A stretch of DNA of 64,000 bases from an uncultured Chloroflexia bacterium. GTDB taxonomy: Bacteria; Chloroflexota; Limnocylindria; Limnocylindrales; CSP1-4. The stretch covers positions 1-64,000 of the forward strand of contig CAWHXD010000017.1 in the NCBI GenBank assembly GCA_963833225.1. Direction: 5' to 3'. Under the pieces are notes generated by a model. The model saw only the letters and a list, made by a program, of their open reading frames with translations. It was not told the origin of the DNA and did not search any database. Of the stretch, positions 1 to 9,247 are shown piece after piece (the first letter of the stretch is position 1; the number at the start of each line of letters is the position of its first letter). The position numbers and the translations under genes were made by a program.

Positions 1-229
1 GTGCTGCTCGACGACGTATTGCTGGTCGTCTCCAGGATCACCGTCGCCGGCGCTCTTCCTGGGCACCGTCGCCGTGGCGCCGGTCATCGCGGGCGTCCTC
101 GACTCCTCGCTCCGGGGCGTCGCGCTCGGCGGCACCGGCATCCTGATTGTCGTGTCCGTCGTGGTCGAGACGATGAAGCAGGTCGAGGCCCAGCTGATGA
201 TGCGGAACTACGAGGGATTCATCCGGTGA
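1..229 (+). CDS. secY: Preprotein translocase SecY, C-terminal end (partial, frameshifted)
   Basis: Manual translation gives ...[34 protein letters not shown], the typical SecY C-terminus; followed by adk and map. Confidence 0.93.
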   Translation, partial: CCSTTYCWSSPGSPSPALFLGTVAVAPVIAGVLDSSLRGVALGGTGILIVVSVVVETMKQVEAQLMMRNYEGFIR

Positions 230-859
230 TCGTCGTCCTGTCGGCACCCCGGGCGCAGGGAGGCGTCCCCAGGCCGCGGTCCTGCGAGACCGCCTCGGAA
301 TTCCGCATGTCGCCACGGGGGACCTGTTCCGGGCCGCGATCCGCGACGCGACGCCCGTCGGCCTCGAGGCCAGGCAGTACATGGATCGTGGAAAGCTCGT
401 CCCGGATGACGTGACGATCCGCATGCTCGAGGAGCGCCTGGCGCGTCCCGACGCGGCGGCCGGAGCCATCCTCGACGGGTTCCCAAGGACCGCCGTCCAG
501 GCCGTGGCGCTCGACCGGTTCCTCGGGGAACGGGGAGCTCGAGTGGACCCGCGCTGCTCATCGAGGTACCGGCAGAGATCCTCATCGAGCGACTTTCCGG
601 CCGGCTCGTGTGTCGCGAGGGTGGGCATTCCTATCACCTCATCTTCAATCCGCCCCGCCAGGCCGGGATCTGCGACATCGATGGATCGCCGCTCGTGCAG
701 CGCGCCGACGACGCTCCCGAGACGATCCGTGCGCGCCTCGTCGGGACGCTCGACGACCTGAGCGAGGTCGAGGCCCACTACCGTGCCACCGGCGTGCTTC
801 GCACCGTGGATGGACGCCAGCCCGTCGATGATGTCGCGGCGGCCCTCTGGCGGCCCTAG
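226..859 (+). CDS. adk: Adenylate kinase (split by several indels)
   Basis: GTGA overlap with secY; fragments [32 protein letters not shown] region [26 protein letters not shown]. Confidence 0.9.
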
Positions 860-901
860 GCCCGGGTCGCGCGGGACACGACACGCGGCGCTCGAGCTGA
901 C

Positions 902-1420
902 ATGGTCACCCGGAAGTCGAAGCGCGAAATAGAGCTGATGCGCCGAGCGGACGGGTGGTGGCCGAGGTCCTCGCCCTCGTCGAGGGCGAGCTCCGGCCCG
1001 GCGTGACCACCGCCCACCTCGACGGGCTGGCCGAACGCCATATTCGCGCCGCGGGTGCGACGCCGTCGTTCCTGGGCTACCTGGGCGGGGGCGGGTACCG
1101 GCGCGGATCGGGGCATTCCCCGGCCAGCACCTGCATCTCGCTCGATAACGAGGTCGTCCACGGCATCCCCGGCGACCGGGTGATCCGGGACGGCCAGATC
1201 GTCTCGGTCGATGTCGGCGCGATCCTCGACGGGTGGCACGGCGACGGGGCCAGGACGTTCATCGTGGGGGACGCGCCCGAGGAAGCCCGTGACCTCGTCA
1301 CGGCGACGCAGCTGGCGATGATGGCCGGCATCGCGGCCGCCGTGCCGGGGAATCGAGTCGGGGACATCTCGGCGGCTGTCGAGGACATGGCCGCCAGTCC
1401 GGGTACGGCATCGTCAAGGC
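902..1420 (+). pseudogene. map: Methionine aminopeptidase, N-terminal ~60% only (truncated)
   Basis: MVTRKSKREIELMRRAG.., CISLDNEVVHGIP, VSVDVG, GWHGDGART, GDISAAVE..GYGIV; the HGIG motif and later metal ligands are missing. Confidence 0.85.
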
Positions 1421-1851
1421 CGGTCCCCATCAACACCTTGTACGCCGAGCCAGACCGCTCCTCCCAGACCGCTTCAACCGGCAGCCTGATGGCGACCGGC
1501 ACCGACGATCTCGTCTACGTCGGCGGCTGGCTCGACCTGGAGGCGGGGCCGCGAGTGCTGCATGTGCCCGAGATGGCGGGACGGTATTTCAGCGTGCAGT
1601 TCACCGACCCGACCAGTGGCGCCAACGTTGCCTATGTCGGCAAGCGGACCACCGGGACCGACGCCGGTGACTTCCTCCTCTGCGAGCGGCGCTGGACTGG
1701 GAGCGTGCCAGGGGGGATGACCCGGATCGAGGTTCCACATCGCTCCGCCCTGGTCATCGGTCGGGTGTTCGCCGCCGATGACGAGGACCGGCACGTCGCC
1801 TATGCGCTCGCGAAGCAGATCCAGCTCACCCCGCTCGACCACACGCCGTGA
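1421..1851 (+). pseudogene. DUF1254-like protein fragment fused to map
   Basis: TDDLVYVGGWLDLEAGPRVLHVPEMAGRYFSVQFTDP..YVGKRTTGTDAGDFLL..RVF is typical of DUF1254; no start codon of its own. Confidence 0.7.
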
Positions 1852-2141
1852 ACGCCGTTCCGTGACCAGGAGCTGATGGACGGGATCGCGCCGGGCCCGC
1901 ATGGTCGGCCACCATGGCAGGGGGCGCGTCGGCCCCAGAGCGGACGGGTCGGGCGAACCGCGATCGACCCTCCGGGCCGAGCCCGCCTCTCGACGTCTGG
2001 GGTGTAGGACGCGTCTCGAGGATCCGCGGTCCAGGTAGGTCAAGACCTGGCTCGCCGACGCGAACCGTCCCTGCCCGGAGATGCTTGCCCGTTCGCTCCG
2101 GCCGCGATGATGCGGGCTTCATGCGCACCGGGCCGCCCGCC

Positions 2142-2213
2142 GGCGATCCTGGATCGGTCGCGCAGGCGGGGGTGCCATCCGGGGACGTGCTCGACTGGTA
2201 CGCGGCGAGTTGA
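2142..2213 (+). repeat. Degenerate att module (copy E): core-like GGCGATCCTGGATCGGTC + 24 nt + DVLDWYAAS* tail
   Basis: Same spacing and tail peptide as copies at 3529, 3670 and 8961. Confidence 0.55.
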
Positions 2214-2320
2214 CCGTAGGTGTACGTCCGCTCACTCGCTCGGGCTCGGCGAGCACGGCTCGGCGTCATGTCGAGGACCGGCCCCGGGAACCGCCTGGTG
2301 TGGCGTCCGCTACGGATCCG

Positions 2321-2677
2321 TCAGTCGCGGAGGACCTTTTCCAGCGCCTTGCCTTTCGCGAGCTCGTCGACGAGCTTGTCGAGGTAGCGGATCTGCTGCA
2401 TAAGCGGGTCCTCGATCGCCTCGACGCGCACCCCGCACACCACGCCGGTGATCTGCGTCACGTTCGGGTGCAGGTGCGCCGCGGCGAAGAAGTCCTCGAA
2501 GGTCGTCCCGGCGTCGAGGTGGCGGCGCAGCTCGGCGTCATCGTAGCCCGTCAGCCACTCGATCACCGCGTCGAGCTCTTCCTGGGTGCGGCCCTTCTTC
2601 TCCACCTTCGCGACGTAGTGCGGGTAGACGGAGGCGACGGTCGTCGTGAAGATCCGGTGGCCGGCCGTGGTGCTCAT
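2321..2677 (-). CDS. DUF2200 family protein
   Basis: [54 protein letters not shown] signature. Confidence 0.9.
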   Translation of the reverse strand: MSTTAGHRIFTTTVASVYPHYVAKVEKKGRTQEELDAVIEWLTGYDDAELRRHLDAGTTFEDFFAAAHLHPNVTQITGVVCGVRVEAIEDPLMQQIRYLDKLVDELAKGKALEKVLRD

Positions 2678-2967
2678 GCCGTGACCGCGAACCAGCGTCC
2701 CTCCGGGTCCGAGAACGCGAAGCTTCGTGTGCCCTGGGGCTCCCCCACATCGGTTGCCTGCACGCCACGTCCGACGAGGGCGGCATGGGTGGCCTCCAGG
2801 TCGCCGACCTGGAACGCGATCGAGGGCGTCGCGAGGTCCATGCCGCCCGGGTTGTCAGCCTTGGCTTCCCGGACCACCGCATGCGCTGCCTCGGCCACAG
2901 CAGGCAGATCCTCGTCCGGGAACGTCATCGCGCCTTCGGGAAACGAGATCAGGTATCGGGGCACCAT
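2674..2967 (-). pseudogene. Chimeric ORF: YCII-like N-terminus + VOC/glyoxalase C-terminus
   Basis: PRYLISFPEGAM..AHAVVREAKA followed by [29 protein letters not shown]. Confidence 0.55.
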
Positions 2968-3029
2968 ATCCTCCTCGGCAGGCTCCAATCCTGCCACGAC
3001 TCGGCGACAACGCGTTGCAGAATGACGGC

Positions 3030-3743
3030 ATGGACGACACGCAGCCCGTCGAGTTCCTCCTGGACGACTACCCGGAGGCGATCCGCGCGACGGGGATGAC
3101 GCTCCGGTCCCTGATCTTCCGCACGGTGCCCGGGACGGTGGAGACGGTGCGCCCCGGCTGGCGGTGGGTCGCCTACTCCCTCCCGGAGGGCAAGCGCGCC
3201 CGGAACTTCGCCTGGGTCGGTCCGGAGCGGAAGCACATCCACCTCGGGTTCGAGCACGGGACGCTCCTCGCCGATCCGGAGCTGCTGCTCCACGGCGCCG
3301 AGGAACGGCTGAAGCAGTTCCGCTACTTCACGTTCGAGCCGTCGATCGACATCGACGAGACCATCCTGTGCGACTTCGTGCGTCGCGCCGCCGACCTCGC
3401 GACGCTGCCCTTTGGCGCACGTCGAGCCCTTGCACTGGAGCGTGCGGCGAACGTACAGGGCCCGCACGCCATCCCCGGTGACTGGGTGCCGATCATCGTC
3501 CCGGATTACGGGACGGCGGGTAGGCGCCGGCGGCCCGGACGGGTCTTGGGGCGCGGACACCCCGAGCGATCCGCTGGCGTGGCACGCGGGCGCCGCGTCG
3601 TGACGCTTCAATCCTGTGTCCCATTGACGCCCCGTGGCGCGGCGACTTCCACCGACAGTGAACCTGGTGGTGGCGCCGGCGGCGGACTTCGCGAGCTCGG
3701 AGGCCAAAGCGGTCGACCCGCTGGCGTGGTACGCAAAGCGTGA
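3030..3743 (+). CDS. DUF1801 (YdhG-like) domain protein; true 3' end uncertain because the frame runs across att modules
   Basis: FLLDDYPEAIR..LRSLIFRTVP..ETVRPGW..HIHLGFEHGTLLADP. Confidence 0.75.
   Translation: MDDTQPVEFLLDDYPEAIRATGMTLRSLIFRTVPGTVETVRPGWRWVAYSLPEGKRARNFAWVGPERKHIHLGFEHGTLLADPELLLHGAEERLKQFRYFTFEPSIDIDETILCDFVRRAADLATLPFGARRALALERAANVQGPHAIPGDWVPIIVPDYGTAGRRRRPGRVLGRGHPERSAGVARGRRVVTLQSCVPLTPRGAATSTDSEPGGGAGGGLRELGGQSGRPAGVVRKA
3529..3603 (+). repeat. Degenerate att module (copy D): GGCGGCCCGGACGGGTC + 22 nt + DPLAWHAGAAS* tail
   Basis: Similar to tRNA-Arg 3'-end core GTGGCGCCCCCGGACGGA; shares GAYCCGCTGGCGTGGYACGC with copy C. Confidence 0.65.
3670..3743 (+). repeat. Degenerate att module (copy C): GTGGCGCCGGCGGCGGACTTC + 24 nt + DPLAWYA tail
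   Basis: Aligns to the core with about two substitutions plus indels. Confidence 0.7.
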
Positions 3744-3835
3744 GGATCCGCCAGTACGCGGCAAGACATTCGCGTCCAGGGCGGCTGCAACACCGGCTGC
3801 TTGCGGGGAACCCCCCGGGCCGCGAACATGGAGCT

Positions 3836-4180
3836 GTGCAGATTGTTGCAGGGCAGATGACCGTCGCACAGCTATCGGCTATGGCTGAGGCCACGTTCGG
3901 CGACCTCGTGAAGGCCGTCGCCGACGTCCGGCGCGGACTCCTCGCGGTTGACGCCGGCATGCACAGCGACCTTGAGGCACTCCTCCTCGACGCCGGGGCC
4001 GTCCAGGCCGACCTCTGGGGCATCAACCTCTATCCGGCTGAGCACGGGACGTCGGGCTTCCTCGAGTTCGACTCGATGATCAACCTCCGCCCAGGCCAGG
4101 GGAACCGGACACGGTCGGTCGAGGACCCTGCGATCCGCGTGGCCATCGCGGAGCTCGTCGATCGTGTGGTGGTGCCGTGA
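3836..4180 (+). CDS. DUF5674 family protein
   Basis: FGDLVKAVADV..DAGMHSDLEALLL..DLWGINLYP..EFDSMINLRPGQGNRTRSVED; GGAG just upstream of GTG 3836. Confidence 0.85.
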   Translation: MQIVAGQMTVAQLSAMAEATFGDLVKAVADVRRGLLAVDAGMHSDLEALLLDAGAVQADLWGINLYPAEHGTSGFLEFDSMINLRPGQGNRTRSVEDPAIRVAIAELVDRVVVP

Positions 4181-4509
4181 CCCTTCATCCCGACCTTACG
4201 CCCGATCGCTGGGGAACCCTGACGTTGGCCGAGCAGCTCGGTAACGCTGGCGCCGATGTCGGTCGGGCGATCCGGGCGCGCAAGGGCGGCAACGAGCTGC
4301 GCTTGGCCGCGAACCTGGACCGCGCTCTGGCCCAGCTCGACCTGACCCTCGCAGACCCGCGCTGGGCCGGCCACCGCCGCCGCGAGATCGCGCGGGCGCG
4401 CGAGGTCGTCTGCGACCTGCTCGCCGGCGACAACGTCTACGACTCGACGCCCGCGTCGGTCGAGCGGTGGTTCATGGCCTATGGGGTCGAGGCTCGGGCC
4501 GGGCGATGA
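4177..4509 (+). CDS. Small all-helical conserved hypothetical protein, translationally coupled to DUF5674
   Basis: GTGA overlap; RW..LTLAEQLGNAGADVGRA..RALAQLDLTLADPR..REIARARE. Confidence 0.75.
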   Translation: MTLHPDLTPDRWGTLTLAEQLGNAGADVGRAIRARKGGNELRLAANLDRALAQLDLTLADPRWAGHRRREIARAREVVCDLLAGDNVYDSTPASVERWFMAYGVEARAGR

Positions 4510-4639
4510 TCCGGGCGCCACCGAGGTAGGCAAGTCGCTTGCTGACACCGCGGCGAGGCATCGCTGCCAGGACGAGTTCGCCTTCGCTTCGGAGGGCTAC
4601 ATGCGGGGCAACCTGGACCTCACGCTCAAAACCCCGTGA

Positions 4640-4967
4640 AGGTAATCACGGCCTGTGCATGGCTTGCTGTCATGGTCGCTACCCTCGCAGATTGCGGTCC
4701 CATCGGGAATGGGGGCGCCATACCCACCTTTGGGCAGCACGAGGGCTTGGCGCGAGTGAGCCCCGCGGCGCGACGAGCGGGAGGATCGAGCGGCCGGAGG
4801 GCTGCCTGACGTAGCAAGCTTCGGGAGCCATCAGGCCTCCGCTCCTGATCTGGCCCACTGGCTGCTCGCCCGTTGAAGGCGGCGATGGCGTCATTGGCGA
4901 AGGCCGGGTCATTCGGTTCGGTAACGGGGTCGGCCTTGGCGGAGGCGAGTATACCGACGAGGGGTGA
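4640..4967 (+). pseudogene. Degraded exported/lipoprotein remnant
   Basis: AWLAVMVATLADCG signal-like segment, then GCLT*..LLIWPTG..VIRFGNGVGLGGGEY with an in-frame stop. Confidence 0.35.
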
Positions 4968-5091
4968 GCCCTCGAACCTTGCCTCGGCAAGGATGGTCCG
5001 CTGCCGGCGTCACACGTTCGGTTGAGCCGAAGTGCTAACGCCGGGCGACCGCGGACGACGCGAACGGACGACGACACCAAGGGGGAGCGCG

Positions 5092-8000
5092 TTGGGCAGA
5101 GGGGAAATCCGGCCGCGACGGTCCAGCCCGCTAGCCGCTGTCGCGTGCGCCGCCGTGCTCGTGATGGCATGCGCACCGACCATCCCCGAGCCGCTTCGGC
5201 CGACGTCAGCGCCCTCGGCGAGCCCAGAGTCTGCGCCGCCTTCCGCGACACCCTCGCCTACTCCGGCGCCGCCGGAGCTCGTGCCCTACAAGGCGCTTCG
5301 GACGAACGTTGGCTCTGCCTGGTCAACGCTGCTGCTGCCAGACGGGCGGGTCATGATCTCGGGCCTGGCCTCCAGCTCCTCCGATGACCTGACCTATTGG
5401 GCCGTGTTCGATCCGACGAGCGACACCATTGCGCAGGAAGGCTCACTGCCGGGCAACAACGGGCCCGAAGGGGTTCTGCTGGGGGACGGCCGCGTGGCAT
5501 TCGGTGCCAGCGACGGATCAGCCCTGGTCCTCGATCCCCGCACCGGCAAGACGACGAAGTCGGCCAGCCTCAAGAAGCTGCGGCCGGTCGGCACGCCCAG
5601 CGGCGGGCAAGGCGGATTGGAGGGCAGCGTCTGGGTCGAACTGGCCGACGGCCGCGTCCTCGCGGCGGGCGGTCCCCGAATGGTCTGCGCAGGCGAGGGC
5701 GGGTGCTACGACCCGACCGCATCCGCCTTTGCACGCACCGCCAGGATCGACGATCCGCGCACAGGCAAGAGCCGCCCAACCGGATCGATGGTCACACGAC
5801 GCCGGACCGGGACGGCGATCCTCCTCCGAGACGGGCGGGTGCTCGTCGCCGGCGGCGACCAGGGCTTCTGGCAGAACGACCCGGGACCACATGTCGTGCT
5901 CGCCGCGGCGGAGATCTACAACCCGCGGACGGGCCGGTTCACCAGGACGGGGTCGCTCCATCAGGCGCGGACCGGCGCGGCCGCAGTTCTGCTCGGGGAC
6001 GGGCGCGTGCTCATCGCGGGCGGCTATGTCGACGGCCCGACCGACCGATGCACGGCGACCGTGGAGATCTTCGACCCGGCGACGGAACGGTTTGCCACGA
6101 CCGGATCGATGACCGCGCCCGGCTGTGGGGGCGACGCGACCCCGCTCCCCGACGGCCGCGTCCTCGTGACCGGGGGCCAATGGTCCGAGCTGTTCGATCC
6201 GTCCAGCGGGCAGTTCTCACGCGTCAACCTGCCCGCCTACTCCGGGTTCTCCCGACCCGTCGTCCTCCGCGACGGCCGGGTGGCGATCGCGGCGGATCCG
6301 CAGGTGCTGCTCGTGTATGCGCCGGACGGAATGCCGCGCCCCGAGCCGGGCGGGCCATCGGTGGCGCAGTGGGGGCCGTGGCCGGCGAGCACGCCGTCGC
6401 CACCCCGGAAGCCAGCGCCGGCTGGTCAGTCGATCCACGTGGTCATGGTCGTGGGACGGTCCGTTTGGGACGAGTCCCCGTTTGACGCCGTGCAGCTCGA
6501 TGACGGGCGCGTCATGGTCATCGGCGGCGAGGATGTGGCCGACCTCCCGACACTCGGTGGGCCGACGTTCGAGTATTTCGATCCCGCGACCAACACGTTC
6601 CGAACCGGCGGGCGCCTGCCGACCGCCATCTCGGTCGATCCGACGGTTGCGACCAAGCTGTCCGACGGGCGCGTCTTCTTCGTCAACTACGACCACACGG
6701 CCACCATCTTCGACCCCCGCGACGGATCGTTCACCAAGGTCGGTCGAATGGTGCACGATCACTTCTACGACACGGCTACCCTGCTCGCGGACGGCCGCGT
6801 CCTGCTCGCCGGCGGCGCAATGGGCGATGGCTTCGTCCGCGACGCGGAGCTGTTCAACCCCGCCACGGGAAGCTTCGCCGCGACCGGATCCATGACGACC
6901 GGTCGCGAGCACGCCAAGGCGATCCGCCTTGCGGACGGCCGCGTCCTGATGCTCGGCGGCGACGGCGGATCGCCCGAGGGTCGTTCGGCTGCGGCGCCGG
7001 CTCCCGTTCTCGCCTCGGCCGAGGTCTTCGACCCGACGACCGGTCGGTTCACTGCCGTCGGTTCGATGCACGAGCCTCGAAGCGACTTCGACACGTCCCT
7101 GCTCGCCGACGGCGACGTCCTCGTTGCCGGAGGAACCCCCGTGGACACCTCCCCGCTCGATGGGGCCGAGCTCGATACGGCCGAGCTCTTCGACCCCGTG
7201 ACCGGCCAGTTCAGCCCGGTGGGAAGGATGTACGAGGCGCGCAGCGGGCTGGTTCTGGCTCCATTGCCGGGCGGGCGGGTGCTGGTGGTCGGCGGCGGGT
7301 CGGCGGAGCAGGCCGAGGTCTATGACCCCGCTCGCCGCGGGTTCGTTGCAGATGATCTCGACAACTTCGATGCGGAGGATGCGTTCACGCTCCGCGACGG
7401 CCGGGTCCTGCTCCTCGCGGGCGGCGGCGGTGAGGTGTACTCCCCGCCGCCGGCGTCACCGGGCCCCTCTCCGTCGGCCCCCGTGGCATCGACCACACTG
7501 CCTCCTTACGTGGACATGCCGCTCGTCTCGGTCCCCGGCTGGGCTCCCATCTCCGTCGGGGTCCACTCCTGGAAGCGGAGCTCGCCACTCGTAGGCCCCT
7601 TCGACTACGCCGATGGCCTCGACGATGGCGATCTCGACGTCACCGACCTCGGCACTGGATCCGTGCGAACGATCACGCTTCCCGTGCGGACCAACGAGGA
7701 GTCCTCCGCTCTTGACGCGAACGGGCATTGGCTGGTCATCGAGGCGGACAAGCGGGTCAAGTCGTGCGATAGCGAAGGGTCTGGCGTCGCCTGGCGCCTC
7801 CTTGTGGTGCCACTGGGCACGGATGGCCTCCCGGCGAAGGCCTTCCGGGAGATTGCCGCGGGATGCACGCAGGCATTCGAACTGTCCGCCGCGCTCAGCG
7901 GGAACCGGCTCGCGTACGCCCCGCCGGCCGACGGATGGCAGTCGGGCTCGACCGTCGTCGTCGTCGACCTCTGGTTCAGCAGCAGTGACGTGGCCGTCGC

Positions 8001-8550
8001 GCGGTACACCACCGGTCGGCAGGTGGTGGACATCGACGTCTCCGCAGATGCTGTGGCCTGGATCGAGTCCGCGGATCGGTCCACCAACGGTGGCAACCAG
8101 GATTGGGCGGTGATGCTTGCCCGGGGGGGCGATTCGGCGCCGCGGGAGGTGACCGTCGGCGGTCACGGCGCGAGCTCCTTCCCTGACACGATCGCGCTGG
8201 ACGGCAGCGCCGTGGTGGCCTCGCTTGGCTCTTCACCGTTCCCATCCGGGGCCGTGATTCGGACGGACGGCGGGTCGCTGTCAGTGGTCGCGCCGACGGC
8301 TCCGGGCCGGGAATGCACGGCCCTCGGAGCGGGTTCCGGCCACATCCTGTTGGAATGCTATGGGGAAACGTACGAGTGGCTCGCCGTCTGGTCCAGTGGG
8401 GCCGGATTGCGGGCGATCGCGGTGGACGGGGCGCCAGTGACGCATGACGGCGCCTGGATCAGCGGCGACAGCCTGGTCTGGGAGGACCTCGCCTCCGACA
8501 CCGACGTGTACAACTCGGTTCCACTCAGCGTGCTCCGCGATCTGCCATAG
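5092..8550 (+). CDS. Large Kelch/galactose-oxidase-type repeat lipoprotein (two 7-repeat propellers + C-terminal domain)
   Basis: Lipobox-like AVLVMAC; 14 L-x-DGRV-like repeats with E-x-F/YDP-x-TG motifs; Pro-rich linkers; RBS GGGGAG before TTG 5092. Confidence 0.85.
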   Translation: MGRGEIRPRRSSPLAAVACAAVLVMACAPTIPEPLRPTSAPSASPESAPPSATPSPTPAPPELVPYKALRTNVGSAWSTLLLPDGRVMISGLASSSSDDLTYWAVFDPTSDTIAQEGSLPGNNGPEGVLLGDGRVAFGASDGSALVLDPRTGKTTKSASLKKLRPVGTPSGGQGGLEGSVWVELADGRVLAAGGPRMVCAGEGGCYDPTASAFARTARIDDPRTGKSRPTGSMVTRRRTGTAILLRDGRVLVAGGDQGFWQNDPGPHVVLAAAEIYNPRTGRFTRTGSLHQARTGAAAVLLGDGRVLIAGGYVDGPTDRCTATVEIFDPATERFATTGSMTAPGCGGDATPLPDGRVLVTGGQWSELFDPSSGQFSRVNLPAYSGFSRPVVLRDGRVAIAADPQVLLVYAPDGMPRPEPGGPSVAQWGPWPASTPSPPRKPAPAGQSIHVVMVVGRSVWDESPFDAVQLDDGRVMVIGGEDVADLPTLGGPTFEYFDPATNTFRTGGRLPTAISVDPTVATKLSDGRVFFVNYDHTATIFDPRDGSFTKVGRMVHDHFYDTATLLADGRVLLAGGAMGDGFVRDAELFNPATGSFAATGSMTTGREHAKAIRLADGRVLMLGGDGGSPEGRSAAAPAPVLASAEVFDPTTGRFTAVGSMHEPRSDFDTSLLADGDVLVAGGTPVDTSPLDGAELDTAELFDPVTGQFSPVGRMYEARSGLVLAPLPGGRVLVVGGGSAEQAEVYDPARRGFVADDLDNFDAEDAFTLRDGRVLLLAGGGGEVYSPPPASPGPSPSAPVASTTLPPYVDMPLVSVPGWAPISVGVHSWKRSSPLVGPFDYADGLDDGDLDVTDLGTGSVRTITLPVRTNEESSALDANGHWLVIEADKRVKSCDSEGSGVAWRLLVVPLGTDGLPAKAFREIAAGCTQAFELSAALSGNRLAYAPPADGWQSGSTVVVVDLWFSSSDVAVARYTTGRQVVDIDVSADAVAWIESADRSTNGGNQDWAVMLARGGDSAPREVTVGGHGASSFPDTIALDGSAVVASLGSSPFPSGAVIRTDGGSLSVVAPTAPGRECTALGAGSGHILLECYGETYEWLAVWSSGAGLRAIAVDGAPVTHDGAWISGDSLVWEDLASDTDVYNSVPLSVLRDLP

Positions 8551-8591
8551 CGCTAACACGGCCTGCCCGCAAGCGGGAGGACCTGCGCCGG

Positions 8592-9035
8592 ATGCGACAC
8601 CTGCCAGACCTGGGGACCCGGGGCCGGCGTGCCGGGCTCGCGGCGGCCGCCAAGCGTCCCACAGGTGCGTACACATGGGGCCACCTGTCCGAGGCCGACG
8701 AACGGGCGGAGCGGCGCAAGATCGACCGCGAGCCGGCCGACCTGCCCGCCCCAGCCAACTTCAACCTGATCGCATTCGGCCGGAGCGCGACGCGGCTGAT
8801 CCCGTTCGCCGAGAGAATCCGAGAGACCACTCGCGAACACCAGACATTGAACGTCCGGCACATCGTCGATCGGGTGGTCGTGGCGGACCGCTCGGTGCGG
8901 GCGATCGGCGGGAGGCTCGAGGCGAGGCCCTTCTTCGAGGACTTCAGCGACGTTGTGGCAGTGGCGCCCCCGGACGGACTCACGGCCTCCCCGTCCGACA
9001 GCGGGGACTCCCTCGTGTACTACGCCGCGATCTAG
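8592..9035 (+). pseudogene. Large serine recombinase/integrase C-terminal remnant reading through att core
   Basis: AYTWGHLSEADERAERRKIDRE coiled-coil segment, IVDRVVVADR..ARPFF beta tail, then VAPPDG encoded by the tRNA-like core. No catalytic domain present. Confidence 0.7.
8961..8981 (+). repeat. att core (copy B), duplicate of tRNA-Arg 3' end
   Basis: GTGGCGCCCCCGGACGGA is identical (18 bp) to 10118-10135; 20/21 when extended. Confidence 0.92.
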
Positions 9036-9241
9036 CTTGTTGCCTGGTCGGAGTGTGGCCGAGCCCTGCTCGGACGCGTTGGTCGGTCTCGGCAGTAGTC
9101 GCAGCGATGGTCGCCACATGCCGCTTCGTGCCAACGATCCTCGTTCGGGCAGTAGAAGGCGTCATGGCGCTCGTTGTAGCTCAACGGCCGGCCGCACTCT
9201 TGGCAAGGGGCCCCGCGTATCTCGTCCTGGACGTCCACCAA
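9032..9241 (-). CDS. Small Cys-rich putative zinc-binding protein
   Basis: CQECG..YNERHDAFYC..W.EAACGDHRCDYC..RP. Confidence 0.65.
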   Translation of the reverse strand: MVDVQDEIRGAPCQECGRPLSYNERHDAFYCPNEDRWHEAACGDHRCDYCRDRPTRPSRARPHSDQATS

Positions 9242-9247
9242 CCGAGT

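Noticed and set aside
1923-2006. Possible fifth distal att module (CGGACGGGTC at 1941, PPLDVWG tail)
   Set aside because: Core match and spacing are too weak to count.
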